From the NCBI GenBank assembly GCA_043228905.1, contig JBHGNT010000028.1:186001-250000 (forward strand): DNA of 64,000 bases. Direction: 5' to 3'. Source of the DNA: Azolla caroliniana. Lineage: Eukaryota; Plantae; Polypodiophyta. Within the stretch, counting starts at the first letter, position 1. The number at the start of each line of letters is the position of its first letter. Shown here piece after piece: positions 27,201 to 42,200 of this stretch. The notes beneath the pieces were generated by a model. That model was not told the DNA's origin, searched no databases, and saw only the letters and a list, made by a program, of their open reading frames with translations. Position numbers and translations under genes: made by a program.

Positions 27201-30200
27201 CGACATGAGTTTCAAAATCTTGATTTTTTAATTCCATATCATAGCTAGCGTTGTTAGCTTCGATTCGCATGTTTGAACACAAAAATCCGATATCACACTC
27301 GCCAGTTATGAACATTTTAATTTACCTAGTAGCTCTTCCCAACTCCCTCCTAATGTTGCTAATTTCGTCATGTCTCTCGACCTGAGTTTCAAAATCTTGA
27401 TTTTTTAATTGCATATCATAGCTAGCGTTGTTAGCTTCGATTCGCATGTTTGAACACAAAAATCCGATATCACACTCGCCAGATATGAACATTTTAATTT
27501 ACCTACTAGCTCTTCCCAACTCACTCCTCAAATTTGGGAATTTCGTCATGTCTCTCGACCTGAGTTTCAAAATCTTGATTTTTTAATTCCATATCGTAGC
27601 TAGCGTTGTTAGCTTCGATTCGCATGTTTGAACACAAAAATCCGATATCACACTCGCCAGTTATGAACATTTTAATTTACCTAGTAGCTCTTCCCAACTC
27701 CCTCCTAATGTTGCTAATTTCGTCATGTCTCTCGACCTGAGTTTCAAAATCTTGATTTTTTAATTGCATATCATAGCTAGCGTTGTTAGCTTCGATTCGC
27801 ATGTTTGAACACAAAAATCCGATATCACACTCGCCAGATATGAACATTTTAATTTACCTACTAGCTCTTCCCAACTCACTCCTCAAATTTGGGAATTTCG
27901 TCATGTCTCTCGACCTGAGTTTCAAAATCTTGATTTTTTAATTCGAGATCATAGCTAGCATTGTTAGCTTCGATTCGCATGTTTGAACACAAAAATCCGA
28001 TATCACACTCGCCAGATATGAACATTTTAATTTACCTACTAGCTCTTCCCAACTCACTCCTCAAATTTGGGAATTTCGTCATGTCTCTCGACCTGAGTTT
28101 CAAAATCTTGATTTTTTAATTCCATATCGTAGCTAGCGTTGTTAGCTTCGATTCACATGTTTGAACACAAAAATCCGATATCACACGAGCCAGGTATGAT
28201 CATTTTAATTTATTCAAGGGCTCTTCTCAACTCCCTCGTCAAGGTTGCTAATTTCTTCATGTCTCTCGACCTGAGTTTCAAAATCTTGATTTTTTAATTC
28301 GAGATCATAGCTAGCATTGTTAGCTTCAATTCGCATGTTTGAACACAAAAATCCGATATCACACTCGCCAGATATGAACATTTTAATTTACCTACTAGCT
28401 CTTCCCAACTCACTCCTCAAATTTGCTAATTTCGTCATGTCTCTCGACATGAGTTTCAAAATCTTGATTTTTTAATTCCATATCATAGCTAGCGTTGTTA
28501 GCTTCGATTCGCATGTTTGAACACAAAAATCCGATATCACACTCGCCAGTTATGAACATTTTAATTTACCTAGTAGCTCTTCCCAACTCCCTCCTAATGT
28601 TGCTAATTTCGTCATGTCTCTCGACCTGAGTTTCAAAATCTTGATTTTTTAATTGCATATCATAGCTAGCGTTGTTAGCTTCGATTCGCATGTTTGAACA
28701 CAAAAATCCGATATCACACTCGCCAGATATGAACATTTTAATTTACCTAGTAGCTCTTCCCAACTCCCTCCTAATGTTGCTAATTTCGTCATGTCTCTCG
28801 ACCTGAGTTTCAAAATCTTGATTTTTTAATTCCATATCATAGCTAGCGTTGTTAGCTTCGATTCGCATGTTTGAACACAAAAATCCGATATCACACTCGC
28901 CAGATATGAACATTTTAATTTACCTACTAGCTCTTCCCAACTCACTCCTCAAATTTGGGAATTTCGTCATGTCTCTCGACCTGAGTTTCAAAATCTTGAT
29001 TTTTTAATTCCATATCGTAGCTAGCGTTGTTAGCTTCGATTCACATGTTTGAACACAAAAATCCGATATCACACGAGCCAGGTATGATCATTTTAATTTA
29101 TTCAAGGGCTCTTCTCAACTCCCTCGTCAAGGTTGCTAATTTCTTCATGTCTCTCGATCTGAGTTTCAAAATCTTGATTTTTTAATTCGAGATCATAGCT
29201 AGCATTGTTAGCTTCGATTCGCATGTTTGAACACAAAAATCCGATATCACACTCGCCAGATATGAACATTTTAATTTACCTACTAGCTCTTCCCAACTCA
29301 CTCCTCAAATTTGCTAATTTCGTCATGTCTCTCGACATGAGTTTCAAAATCTTGATTTTTTAATTCCATATCATAGCTAGCGTTGTTAGCTTCGATTCGC
29401 ATGTTTGAACACAAAAATCCGATATCACACTCGCCAGTTATGAACATTTTAATTTACCTAGTAGCTCTTCCCAACTCCCTCCTAATGTTGCTAATTTCGT
29501 CATGTCTCTCGACCTGAGTTTCAAAATCTTGATTTTTTAATTGCATATCATAGCTAGCGTTGTTAGCTTCGATTCGCATGTTTGAACACAAAAATCCGAT
29601 ATCACACTCGCCAGATATGAACATTTTAATTTACCTACTAGCTCTTCCCAACTCACTCCTCAAATTTGGGAATTTCGTCATGTCTCTCGACCTGAGTTTC
29701 AAAATCTTGATTTTTTAATTCCATATCGTAGCTAGCGTTGTTAGCTTCGATTCGCATGTTTGAACACAAAAATCCGATATCACACTCGCCAGTTATGAAC
29801 ATTTTAATTTACCTAGTAGCTCTTCCCAACTCCCTCCTAATGTTGCTAATTTCGTCATGTCTCTCGACCTGAGTTTCAAAATCTTGATTTTTTAATTGCA
29901 TATCATAGCTAGCGTTGTTAGCTTCGATTCGCATGTTTGAACACAAAAATCCGATATCACACTCGCCAGATATGAACATTTTAATTTACCTACTAGCTCT
30001 TCCCAACTCACTCCTCAAATTTGGGAATTTCGTCATGTCTCTCGACCTGAGTTTCAAAATCTTGATTTTTTAATTCGAGATCATAGCTAGCATTGTTAGC
30101 TTCGATTCGCATGTTTGAACACAAAAATCCGATATCACACTCGCCAGATATGAACATTTTAATTTACCTACTAGCTCTTCCCAACTCACTCCTCAAATTT

Positions 30201-33200
30201 GCTAATTTCGTCATGTCTCTCGACATGAGTTTCAAAATCTTGATTTTTTAATTCCATATCATAGCTAGCGTTGTTAGCTTCGATTCGCATGTTTGAACAC
30301 AAAAATCCGATATCACACTCGCTAGTTATGAACATTTTAATTTACCTAGTAGCTCTTCCCAACTCCCTCCTAATGTTGCTAATTTCGTCATGTCTCTCGA
30401 CCTGAGTTTCAAAATCTTGATTTTTTAATTGCATATCATAGCTAGCGTTGTTAGCTTCGATTCGCATGTTTGAACACAAAAATCCGATATCACACTCGCC
30501 AGATATGAACATTTTAATTTACCTAGTAGCTCTTCCCAACTCACTCCTCAAATTTGGGAATTTCGTCATGTCTCTCGACCTGAGTTTCAAAATCTTGATT
30601 TTTTAATTCGAGATCATAGCTAGCATTGTTAGCTTCGATTCGCATGTTTGAACACAAAAATCCGATATCACACTCGCCAGATATGAACATTTTAATTTAC
30701 CTACTAGCTCTTCCCAACTCACTCCTCAAATTTGGGAATTTCGTCATGTCTCTCGACCTGAGTTTCAAAATCTTGATTTTTTAATTCGAGATCATAGCTA
30801 GCATTGTTAGCTTCGATTCGCATGTTTGAACACAAAAATCCGATATCACACTCGCCAGATATGAACATTTTAATTTACCTACTAGCTCTTCCCAACTCAC
30901 TCCTCAAATTTGGGAATTTCGTCATGTCTCTCGACCTGAGTTTCAAAATCTTGATTTTTTAATTCCATATCGTAGCTAGCGTTGTTAGCTTCGATTCACA
31001 TGTTTGAACACAAAAATCCGATATCACACGAGCCAGGTATGATCATTTTAATTTATTCAAGGGCTCTTCTCAACTCCCTCGTCAAGGTTGCTAATTTCTT
31101 CATGTCTCTCGACCTGAGTTTCAAAATCTTGATTTTTTAATTCGAGATCATAGCTAGCATTGTTAGCTTCAATTCGCATGTTTGAACACAAAAATCCGAT
31201 ATCACACTCGCCAGATATGAACATTTTAATTTACCTACTAGCTCTTCCCAACTCACTCCTCAAATTTGCTAATTTCGTCATGTCTCTCGACATGAGTTTC
31301 AAAATCTTGATTTTTTAATTCCATATCATAGCTAGCGTTGTTAGCTTCGATTCGCATGTTTGAACACAAAAATCCGATATCACACTCGCCAGTTATGAAC
31401 ATTTTAATTTACCTAGTAGCTCTTCCCAACTCCCTCCTAATGTTGCTAATTTCGTCATGTCTCTCGACCTGAGTTTCAAAATCTTGATTTTTTAATTGCA
31501 TATCATAGCTAGCGTTGTTAGCTTCGATTCGCATGTTTGAACACAAAAATCCGATATCACACTCGCCAGATATGAACATTTTAATTTACCTAGTAGCTCT
31601 TCCCAACTCCCTCCTAATGTTGCTAATTTCGTCATGTCTCTCGACCTGAGTTTCAAAATCTTGATTTTTTAATTCCATATCATAGCTAGCGTTGTTAGCT
31701 TCGATTCGCATGTTTGAACACAAAAATCCGATATCACACTCGCCAGATATGAACATTTTAATTTACCTACTAGCTCTTCCCAACTCACTCCTCAAATTTG
31801 GGAATTTCGTCATGTCTCTCGACCTGAGTTTCAAAATCTTGATTTTTTAATTCCATATCGTAGCTAGCGTTGTTAGCTTCGATTCACATGTTTGAACACA
31901 AAAATCCGATATCACACGAGCCAGGTATGATCATTTTAATTTATTCAAGGGCTCTTCTCAACTCCCTCGTCAAGGTTGCTAATTTCTTCATGTCTCTCGA
32001 CCTGAGTTTCAAAATCTTGATTTTTTAATTCGAGATCATAGCTAGCATTGTTAGCTTCGATTCGCATGTTTGAACACAAAAATCCGATATCACACTCGCC
32101 AGATATGAACATTTTAATTTACCTACTAGCTCTTCCCAACTCACTCCTCAAATTTGCTAATTTCGTCATGTCTCTCGACATGAGTTTCAAAATCTTGATT
32201 TTTTAATTCCATATCATAGCTAGCGTTGTTAGCTTCGATTCGCATGTTTGAACACAAAAATCCGATATCACACTCGCCAGTTATGAACATTTTAATTTAC
32301 CTAGTAGCTCTTCCCAACTCCCTCCTAATGTTGCTAATTTCGTCATGTCTCTCGACCTGAGTTTCAAAATCTTGATTTTTTAATTGCATATCATAGCTAG
32401 CGTTGTTAGCTTCGATTCGCATGTTTGAACACAAAAATCCGATATCACACTCGCCAGATATGAACATTTTAATTTACCTACTAGCTCTTCCCAACTCACT
32501 CCTCAAATTTGGGAATTTCGTCATGTCTCTCGACCTGAGTTTCAAAATCTTGATTTTTTAATTCCATATCGTAGCTAGCGTTGTTAGCTTCGATTCGCAT
32601 GTTTGAACACAAAAATCCGATATCACACTCGCCAGTTATGAACATTTTAATTTACCTAGTAGCTCTTCCCAACTCCCTCCTAATGTTGCTAATTTCGTCA
32701 TGTCTCTCGACCTGAGTTTCAAAATCTTGATTTTTTAATTGCATATCATAGCTAGCGTTGTTAGCTTCGATTCGCATGTTTGAACACAAAAATCCGATAT
32801 CACACTCGCCAGATATGAACATTTTAATTTACCTACTAGCTCTTCCCAACTCACTCCTCAAATTTGGGAATTTCGTCATGTCTCTCGACCTGAGTTTCAA
32901 AATCTTGATTTTTTAATTCGAGATCATAGCTAGCATTGTTAGCTTCGATTCGCATGTTTGAACACAAAAATCCGATATCACACTCGCCAGATATGAACAT
33001 TTTAATTTACCTACTAGCTCTTCCCAACTCACTCCTCAAATTTGCTAATTTCGTCATGTCTCTCGACATGAGTTTCAAAATCTTGATTTTTTAATTCCAT
33101 ATCATAGCTAGCGTTGTTAGCTTCGATTCGCATGTTTGAACACAAAAATCCGATATCACACTCGCTAGTTATGAACATTTTAATTTACCTAGTAGCTCTT

Positions 33201-36200
33201 CCCAACTCCCTCCTAATGTTGCTAATTTCGTCATGTCTCTCGACCTGAGTTTCAAAATCTTGATTTTTTAATTGCATATCATAGCTAGCGTTGTTAGCTT
33301 CGATTCGCATGTTTGAACACAAAAATCCGATATCACACTCGCCAGATATGAACATTTTAATTTACCTACTAGCTCTTCCCAACTCACTCCTCAAATTTGG
33401 GAATTTCGTCATGTCTCTCGACCTGAGTTTCAAAATCTTGATTTTTTAATTCGAGATCATAGCTAGCATTGTTAGCTTCGATTCGCATGTTTGAACACAA
33501 AAATCCGATATCACACTCGCCAGATATGAACATTTTAATTTACCTACTAGCTCTTCCCAACTCACTCCTCAAATTTGCTAATTTCGTCATGTCTCTCGAC
33601 ATGAGTTTCAAAATCTTGATTTTTTAATTCCATATCATAGCTAGCGTTGTTAGCTTCGATTCGCATGTTTGAACACAAAAATCCGATATCACACTCGCTA
33701 GTTATGATCATTTTAATTTACCTACTAGCTCTTCCCAACTCCCTCCTCATGTTGCTAATTTTGTCATGTCTCTCGACCTGAGTTTCAAAATCTTGATTTT
33801 TTAATTCCATATCCTAGCTAGCGTTGTTAGCTTCGATTCGCATGTTTGAACACAAAAATCCGATATCCCACTCGCCAGATATGAATATTTTAATTTACCT
33901 ACTAGCTCTTCCCAACTCACTCCTCAAATTTGGGAATTTCGTCATGTCTCTCGACCTGAGTTTCAAAATCTTGATTTTTTAATTCCATATCGTAGCTAGC
34001 GTTGTTAGCTTCGATTCACATGTTTGAACACAAAAATCCGATATCACACGAGCCAGGTATGATCATTTTAATTTACTCAAGGGCTCTTCTCAACTCCCTC
34101 GTCAAGGTTGCTAATTTCTTCATGTCTCTCGACCTGAGTTTCAAAATCTTGATTTTTTAATTCCATATCATAGCTAGCGTTGTTAGCTTCGATTCGCATG
34201 TTTGAACCCAAAAATCCGATATCACACTCGCCAGTTATGAACATTTTAATTTACCTACTAGCTCTTCCCAACTCCCTCCTCATGTTGCTAATTTTGTCAT
34301 GTCTCTCGACCTGAGTTTCAAAATCTTGATTTTTTAATTCCATATCCTAGCTAGCGTTGTTAGCTTCGATTCGCATGTTTGAACACAAAAATCCGATATC
34401 ACACGAGCCAGGTATGAACATTTTAATTTACCTAGTAGCTCTTCCCAACTCCCTCCTAATGTTGCTAATTTCGTCATGTCTCTCGACCTGAGTTTCAAAA
34501 TCTTGATTTTTTAATTGCATATCATAGCTAGCGTTGTTAGCTTCGATTCGCATGTTTGAACACAAAAATCCGATATCACACTCGCCAGATATGAACATTT
34601 TAATTTACCTACTAGCTCTTCCCAACTCACTCCTCAAATTTGGGAATTTCGTCATGTCTCTCGACCTGAGTTTCAAAATCTTGATTTTTTAATACCATAT
34701 CGTAGCTAGCGTTGTTAGCTTCGATTCACATGTTTGAACACAAAAATCCGATATCACACGAGCCAGGTATGATCATTTTAATTTATTCAAGGGCTCTTCT
34801 CAACTCCCTCGTCAAGGTTGCTAATTTCTTCATGTCTCTCGACCTGAGTTTGAAAATCTTGATTTTTTAATTCGAGATCATAGCTAGCATTGTTAGCTTC
34901 AATTCGCATGTTTGAACACAAAAATCCGATATCACACTCGCCAGATATGAACATTTTAATTTACCTACTAGCTCTTCCCAACTCACTCCTCAAATTTGCT
35001 AATTTCGTCATGTCTCTCGACATGAGTTTCAAAATCTTGATTTTTTAATTCCATATCATAGCTAGCGTTGTTAGCTTCGATTCGCATGTTTGAACACAAA
35101 AATCCGATATCACACTCGCCAGTTATGAACATTTTAATTTACCTAGTAGCTCTTCCCAACTCCCTCCTAATGTTGCTAATTTCGTCATGTCTCTCGACCT
35201 GAGTTTCAAAATCTTGATTTTTTAATTGCATATCATAGCTAGCGTTGTTAGCTTCGATTCGCATGTTTGAACACAAAAATCCGATATCACACTCGCCAGA
35301 TATGAACATTTTAATTTACCTACTAGCTCTTCCCAACTCACTCCTCAAATTTGGGAATTTCGTCATGTCTCTCGACCTGAGTTTCAAAATCTTGATTTTT
35401 TAATTCCATATCGTAGCTAGCGTTGTTAGCTTCGATTCGCATGTTTGAACACAAAAATCCGATATCACACTCGCCAGTTATGAACATTTTAATTTACCTA
35501 GTAGCTCTTCCCAACTCCCTCCTAATGTTGCTAATTTCGTCATGTCTCTCGACCTGAGTTTCAAAATCTTGATTTTTTAATTGCATATCATAGCTAGCGT
35601 TGTTAGCTTCGATTCGCATGTTTGAACACAAAAATCCGATATCACACTCGCCAGATATGAACATTTTAATTTACCTACTAGCTCTTCCCAACTCACTCCT
35701 CAAATTTGGGAATTTCGTCATGTCTCTCGACCTGAGTTTCAAAATCTTGATTTTTTAATTCGAGATCATAGCTAGCATTGTTAGCTTCGATTCGCATGTT
35801 TGAACACAAAAATCCGATATCACACTCGCCAGATATGAACATTTTAATTTACCTACTAGCTCTTCCCAACTCACTCCTCAAATTTGGGAATTTCGTCATG
35901 TCTCTCGACCTGAGTTTCAAAATCTTGATTTTTTAATTCCATATCGTAGCTAGCGTTGTTAGCTTCGATTCACATGTTTGAACACAAAAATCCGATATCA
36001 CACGAGCCAGGTATGATCATTTTAATTTATTCAAGGGCTCTTCTCAACTCCCTCGTCAAGGTTGCTAATTTCTTCATGTCTCTCGACCTGAGTTTGAAAA
36101 TCTTGATTTTTTAATTCGAGATCATAGCTAGCATTGTTAGCTTCAATTCGCATGTTTGAACACAAAAATCCGATATCACACTCGCCAGATATGAACATTT

Positions 36201-39200
36201 TAATTTACCTACTAGCTCTTCCCAACTCACTCCTCAAATTTGCTAATTTCGTCATGTCTCTCGACATGAGTTTCAAAATCTTGATTTTTTAATTCCATAT
36301 CATAGCTAGCGTTGTTAGCTTCGATTCGCATGTTTGAACACAAAAATCCGATATCACACTCGCCAGTTATGAACATTTTAATTTACCTAGTAGCTCTTCC
36401 CAACTCCCTCCTAATGTTGCTAATTTCGTCATGTCTCTCGACCTGAGTTTCAAAATCTTGATTTTTTAATTGCATATCATAGCTAGCGTTGTTAGCTTCG
36501 ATTCGCATGTTTGAACACAAAAATCCGATATCACACTCGCCAGATATGAACATTTTAATTTACCTACTAGCTCTTCCCAACTCACTCCTCAAATTTGGGA
36601 ATTTCGTCATGTCTCTCGACCTGAGTTTCAAAATCTTGATTTTTTAATTCCATATCGTAGCTAGCGTTGTTAGCTTCGATTCGCATGTTTGAACACAAAA
36701 ATCCGATATCACACTCGCCAGTTATGAACATTTTAATTTACCTAGTAGCTCTTCCCAACTCCCTCCTAATGTTGCTAATTTCGTCATGTCTCTCGACCTG
36801 AGTTTCAAAATCTTGATTTTTTAATTCCATATCATAGCTAGCGTTGTTAGCTTCGATTCGCATGTTTGAACACAAAAATCCGATATCACACTCGCCAGAT
36901 ATGAACATTTTAATTTACCTACTAGCTCTTCCCAACTCACTCCTCAAATTTGGGAATTTCGTCATGTCTCTCGACCTGAGTTTCAAAATCTTGATTTTTT
37001 AATTCCATATCGTAGCTAGCGTTGTTAGCTTCGATTCGCATGTTTGAACACAAAAATCCGATATCACACTCGCCAGTTATGAACATTTTAATTTACCTAG
37101 TAGCTCTTCCCAACTCCCTCCTAATGTTGCTAATTTCGTCATGTCTCTCGACCTGAGTTTCAAAATCTTGATTTTTTAATTGCATATCATAGCTAGCGTT
37201 GTTAGCTTCGATTCGCATGTTTGAACACAAAAATCCGATATCACACTCGCCAGATATGAACATTTTAATTTACCTACTAGCTCTTCCCAACTCACTCCTC
37301 AAATTTGGGAATTTCGTCATGTCTCTCGACCTGAGTTTCAAAATCTTGATTTTTTAATACCATATCGTAGCTAGCGTTGTTAGCTTCGATTCACATGTTT
37401 GAACACAAAAATCCGATATCACACGAGCCAGGTATGATCATTTTAATTTATTCAAGGGCTCTTCTCAACTCCCTCGTCAAGGTTGCTAATTTCTTCATGT
37501 CTCTCGACCTGAGTTTCAAAATCTTGATTTTTTAATTCGAGATCATAGCTAGCATTGTTAGCTTCAATTCGCATGTTTGAACACAAAAATCCGATATCAC
37601 ACTCGCCAGATATGAACATTTTAATTTACCTACTAGCTCTTCCCAACTCACTCCTCAAATTTGCTAATTTCGTCATGTCTCTCGACATGAGTTTCAAAAT
37701 CTTGATTTTTTAATTCCATATCATAGCTAGCGTTGTTAGCTTCGATTCGCATGTTTGAACACAAAAATCCGATATCACACTCGCCAGTTATGAACATTTT
37801 AATTTACCTAGTAGCTCTTCCCAACTCCCTCCTAATGTTGCTAATTTCGTCATGTCTCTCGACCTGAGTTTCAAAATCTTGATTTTTTAATTGCATATCA
37901 TAGCTAGCGTTGTTAGCTTCGATTCGCATGTTTGAACACAAAAATCCGATATCACACTCGCCAGATATGAACATTTTAATTTACCTACTAGCTCTTCCCA
38001 ACTCACTCCTCAAATTTGGGAATTTCGTCATGTCTCTCGACCTGAGTTTCAAAATCTTGATTTTTTAATTCCATATCGTAGCTAGCGTTGTTAGCTTCGA
38101 TTCGCATGTTTGAACACAAAAATCCGATATCACACTCGCCAGTTATGAACATTTTAATTTACCTAGTAGCTCTTCCCAACTCCCTCCTAATGTTGCTAAT
38201 TTCGTCATGTCTCTCGACCTGAGTTTCAAAATCTTGATTTTTTAATTCCATATCATAGCTAGCGTTGTTAGCTTCGATTCGCATGTTTGAACACAAAAAT
38301 CCGATATCACACTCGCCAGATATGAACATTTTAATTTACCTACTAGCTCTTCCCAACTCACTCCTCAAATTTGGGAATTTCGTCATGTCTCTCGACCTGA
38401 GTTTCAAAATCTTGATTTTTTAATTCCATATCGTAGCTAGCGTTGTTAGCTTCGATTCACATGTTTGAACACAAAAATCCGATATCACACGAGCCAGGTA
38501 TGATCATTTTAATTTATTCAAGGGCTCTTCTCAACTCCCTCGTCAAGGTTGCTAATTTCTTCATGTCTCTCGACCTGAGTTTCAAAATCTTGATTTTTTA
38601 ATTCGAGATCATAGCTAGCATTGTTAGCTTCGATTCGCATGTTTGAACACAAAAATCCGATATCACACTCGCCAGATATGAACATTTTAATTTACCTACT
38701 AGCTCTTCCCAACTCACTCCTCAAATTTGCTAATTTCGTCATGTCTCTCGACATGAGTTTCAAAATCTTGATTTTTTAATTCCATATCATAGCTAGCGTT
38801 GTTAGCTTCGATTCGCATGTTTGAACACAAAAATCCGATATCACACTCGCCAGTTATGAACATTTTAATTTACCTAGTAGCTCTTCCCAACTCCCTCCTA
38901 ATGTTGCTAATTTCGTCATGTCTCTCGACCTGAGTTTCAAAATCTTGATTTTTTAATTGCATATCATAGCTAGCGTTGTTAGCTTCGATTCGCATGTTTG
39001 AACCCAAAAATCCGATATCACACTCGCCAGATATGAACATTTTAATTTACCTACTAGCTCTTCCCAACTCCCTCCTCAAATTTGGGAATTTCGTCATGTC
39101 TCTCGACCTGAGTTTCAAAATCTTGATTTTTTAATTCCATATCGTAGCTAGCGTTGTTAGCTTCGATTCGCATGTTTGAACACAAAAATCCGATATCACA

Positions 39201-42200
39201 CTCGCCAGTTATGAACATTTTAATTTACCTAGTAGCTCTTCCCAACTCCCTCCTAATGTTGCTAATTTCGTCATGTCTCTCGACCTGAGTTTCAAAATCT
39301 TGATTTTTTAATTCCATATCATAGCTAGCGTTGTTAGCTTCGATTCGCATGTTTGAACACAAAAATCCGATATCACACTCGCCAGATATGAACATTTTAA
39401 TTTACCTACTAGCTCTTCCCAACTCACTCCTCAAATTTGGGAATTTCGTCATGTCTCTCGACCTGAGTTTCAAAATCTTGATTTTTTAATACCATATCGT
39501 AGCTAGCGTTGTTAGCTTCGATTCACATGTTTGAACACAAAAATCCGATATCACACGAGCCAGGTATGATCATTTTAATTTATTCAAGGGCTCTTCTCAA
39601 CTCCCTCGTCAAGGTTGCTAATTTCTTCATGTCTCTCGACCTGAGTTTGAAAATCTTGATTTTTTAATTCGAGATCATAGCTAGCATTGTTAGCTTCAAT
39701 TCGCATGTTTGAACACAAAAATCCGATATCACACTCGCCAGATATGAACATTTTAATTTACCTACTAGCTCTTCCCAACTCACTCCTCAAATTTGCTAAT
39801 TTCGTCATGTCTCTCGACATGAGTTTCAAAATCTTGATTTTTTAATTCCATATCATAGCTAGCGTTGTTAGCTTCGATTCGCATGTTTGAACACAAAAAT
39901 CCGATATCACACTCGCCAGTTATGAACATTTTAATTTACCTAGTAGCTCTTCCCAACTCCCTCCTAATGTTGCTAATTTCGTCATGTCTCTCGACCTGAG
40001 TTTCAAAATCTTGATTTTTTAATTGCATATCATAGCTAGCGTTGTTAGCTTCGATTCGCATGTTTGAACACAAAAATCCGATATCACACTCGCCAGATAT
40101 GAACATTTTAATTTACCTACTAGCTCTTCCCAACTCACTCCTCAAATTTGGGAATTTCGTCATGTCTCTCGACCTGAGTTTCAAAATCTTGATTTTTTAA
40201 TTCCATATCGTAGCTAGCGTTGTTAGCTTCGATTCGCATGTTTGAACACAAAAATCCGATATCACACTCGCCAGTTATGAACATTTTAATTTACCTAGTA
40301 GCTCTTCCCAACTCCCTCCTAATGTTGCTAATTTCGTCATGTCTCTCGACCTGAGTTTCAAAATCTTGATTTTTTAATTGCATATCATAGCTAGCGTTGT
40401 TAGCTTCGATTCGCATGTTTGAACACAAAAATCCGATATCACACTCGCCAGATATGAACATTTTAATTTACCTACTAGCTCTTCCCAACTCACTCCTCAA
40501 ATTTGGGAATTTCGTCATGTCTCTCGACCTGAGTTTCAAAATCTTGATTTTTTAATTCGAGATCATAGCTAGCATTGTTAGCTTCGATTCGCATGTTTGA
40601 ACACAAAAATCCGATATCACACTCGCCAGATATGAACATTTTAATTTACCTACTAGCTCTTCCCAACTCACTCCTCAAATTTGGGAATTTCGTCATGTCT
40701 CTCGACCTGAGTTTCAAAATCTTGATTTTTTAATTCCATATCGTAGCTAGCGTTGTTAGCTTCGATTCACATGTTTGAACACAAAAATCCGATATCACAC
40801 GAGCCAGGTATGATCATTTTAATTTATTCAAGGGCTCTTCTCAACTCCCTCGTCAAGGTTGCTAATTTCTTCATGTCTCTCGACCTGAGTTTCAAAATCT
40901 TGATTTTTTAATTCGAGATCATAGCTAGCATTGTTAGCTTCAATTCGCATGTTTGAACACAAAAATCCGATATCACACTCGCCAGATATGAACATTTTAA
41001 TTTACCTACTAGCTCTTCCCAACTCACTCCTCAAATTTGCTAATTTCGTCATGTCTCTCGACATGAGTTTCAAAATCTTGATTTTTTAATTCCATATCAT
41101 AGCTAGCGTTGTTAGCTTCGATTCGCATGTTTGAACACAAAAATCCGATATCACACTCGCCAGTTATGAACATTTTAATTTACCTAGTAGCTCTTCCCAA
41201 CTCCCTCCTAATGTTGCTAATTTCGTCATGTCTCTCGACCTGAGTTTCAAAATCTTGATTTTTTAATTGCATATCATAGCTAGCGTTGTTAGCTTCGATT
41301 CGCATGTTTGAACACAAAAATCCGATATCACACTCGCCAGATATGAACATTTTAATTTACCTACTAGCTCTTCCCAACTCACTCCTCAAATTTGGGAATT
41401 TCGTCATGTCTCTCGACCTGAGTTTCAAAATCTTGATTTTTTAATTCCATATCGTAGCTAGCGTTGTTAGCTTCGATTCGCATGTTTGAACACAAAAATC
41501 CGATATCACACTCGCCAGTTATGAACATTTTAATTTACCTAGTAGCTCTTCCCAACTCCCTCCTAATGTTGCTAATTTCGTCATGTCTCTCGACCTGAGT
41601 TTCAAAATCTTGATTTTTTAATTCCATATCATAGCTAGCGTTGTTAGCTTCGATTCGCATGTTTGAACACAAAAATCCGATATCACACTCGCCAGATATG
41701 AACATTTTAATTTACCTACTAGCTCTTCCCAACTCACTCCTCAAATTTGGGAATTTCGTCATGTCTCTCGACCTGAGTTTCAAAATCTTGATTTTTTAAT
41801 TCGAGATCATAGCTAGCATTGTTAGCTTCGATTCGCATGTTTGAACACAAAAATCCGATATCACACTCGCCAGATATGAACATTTTAATTTACCTACTAG
41901 CTCTTCCCAACTCACTCCTCAAATTTGGGAATTTCGTCATGTCTCTCGACCTGAGTTTCAAAATCTTGATTTTTTAATTCCATATCGTAGCTAGCGTTGT
42001 TAGCTTCGATTCACATGTTTGAACACAAAAATCCGATATCACACGAGCCAGGTATGATCATTTTAATTTATTCAAGGGCTCTTCTCAACTCCCTCGTCAA
42101 GGTTGCTAATTTCTTCATGTCTCTCGACCTGAGTTTCAAAATCTTGATTTTTTAATTCGAGATCATAGCTAGCATTGTTAGCTTCAATTCGCATGTTTGA

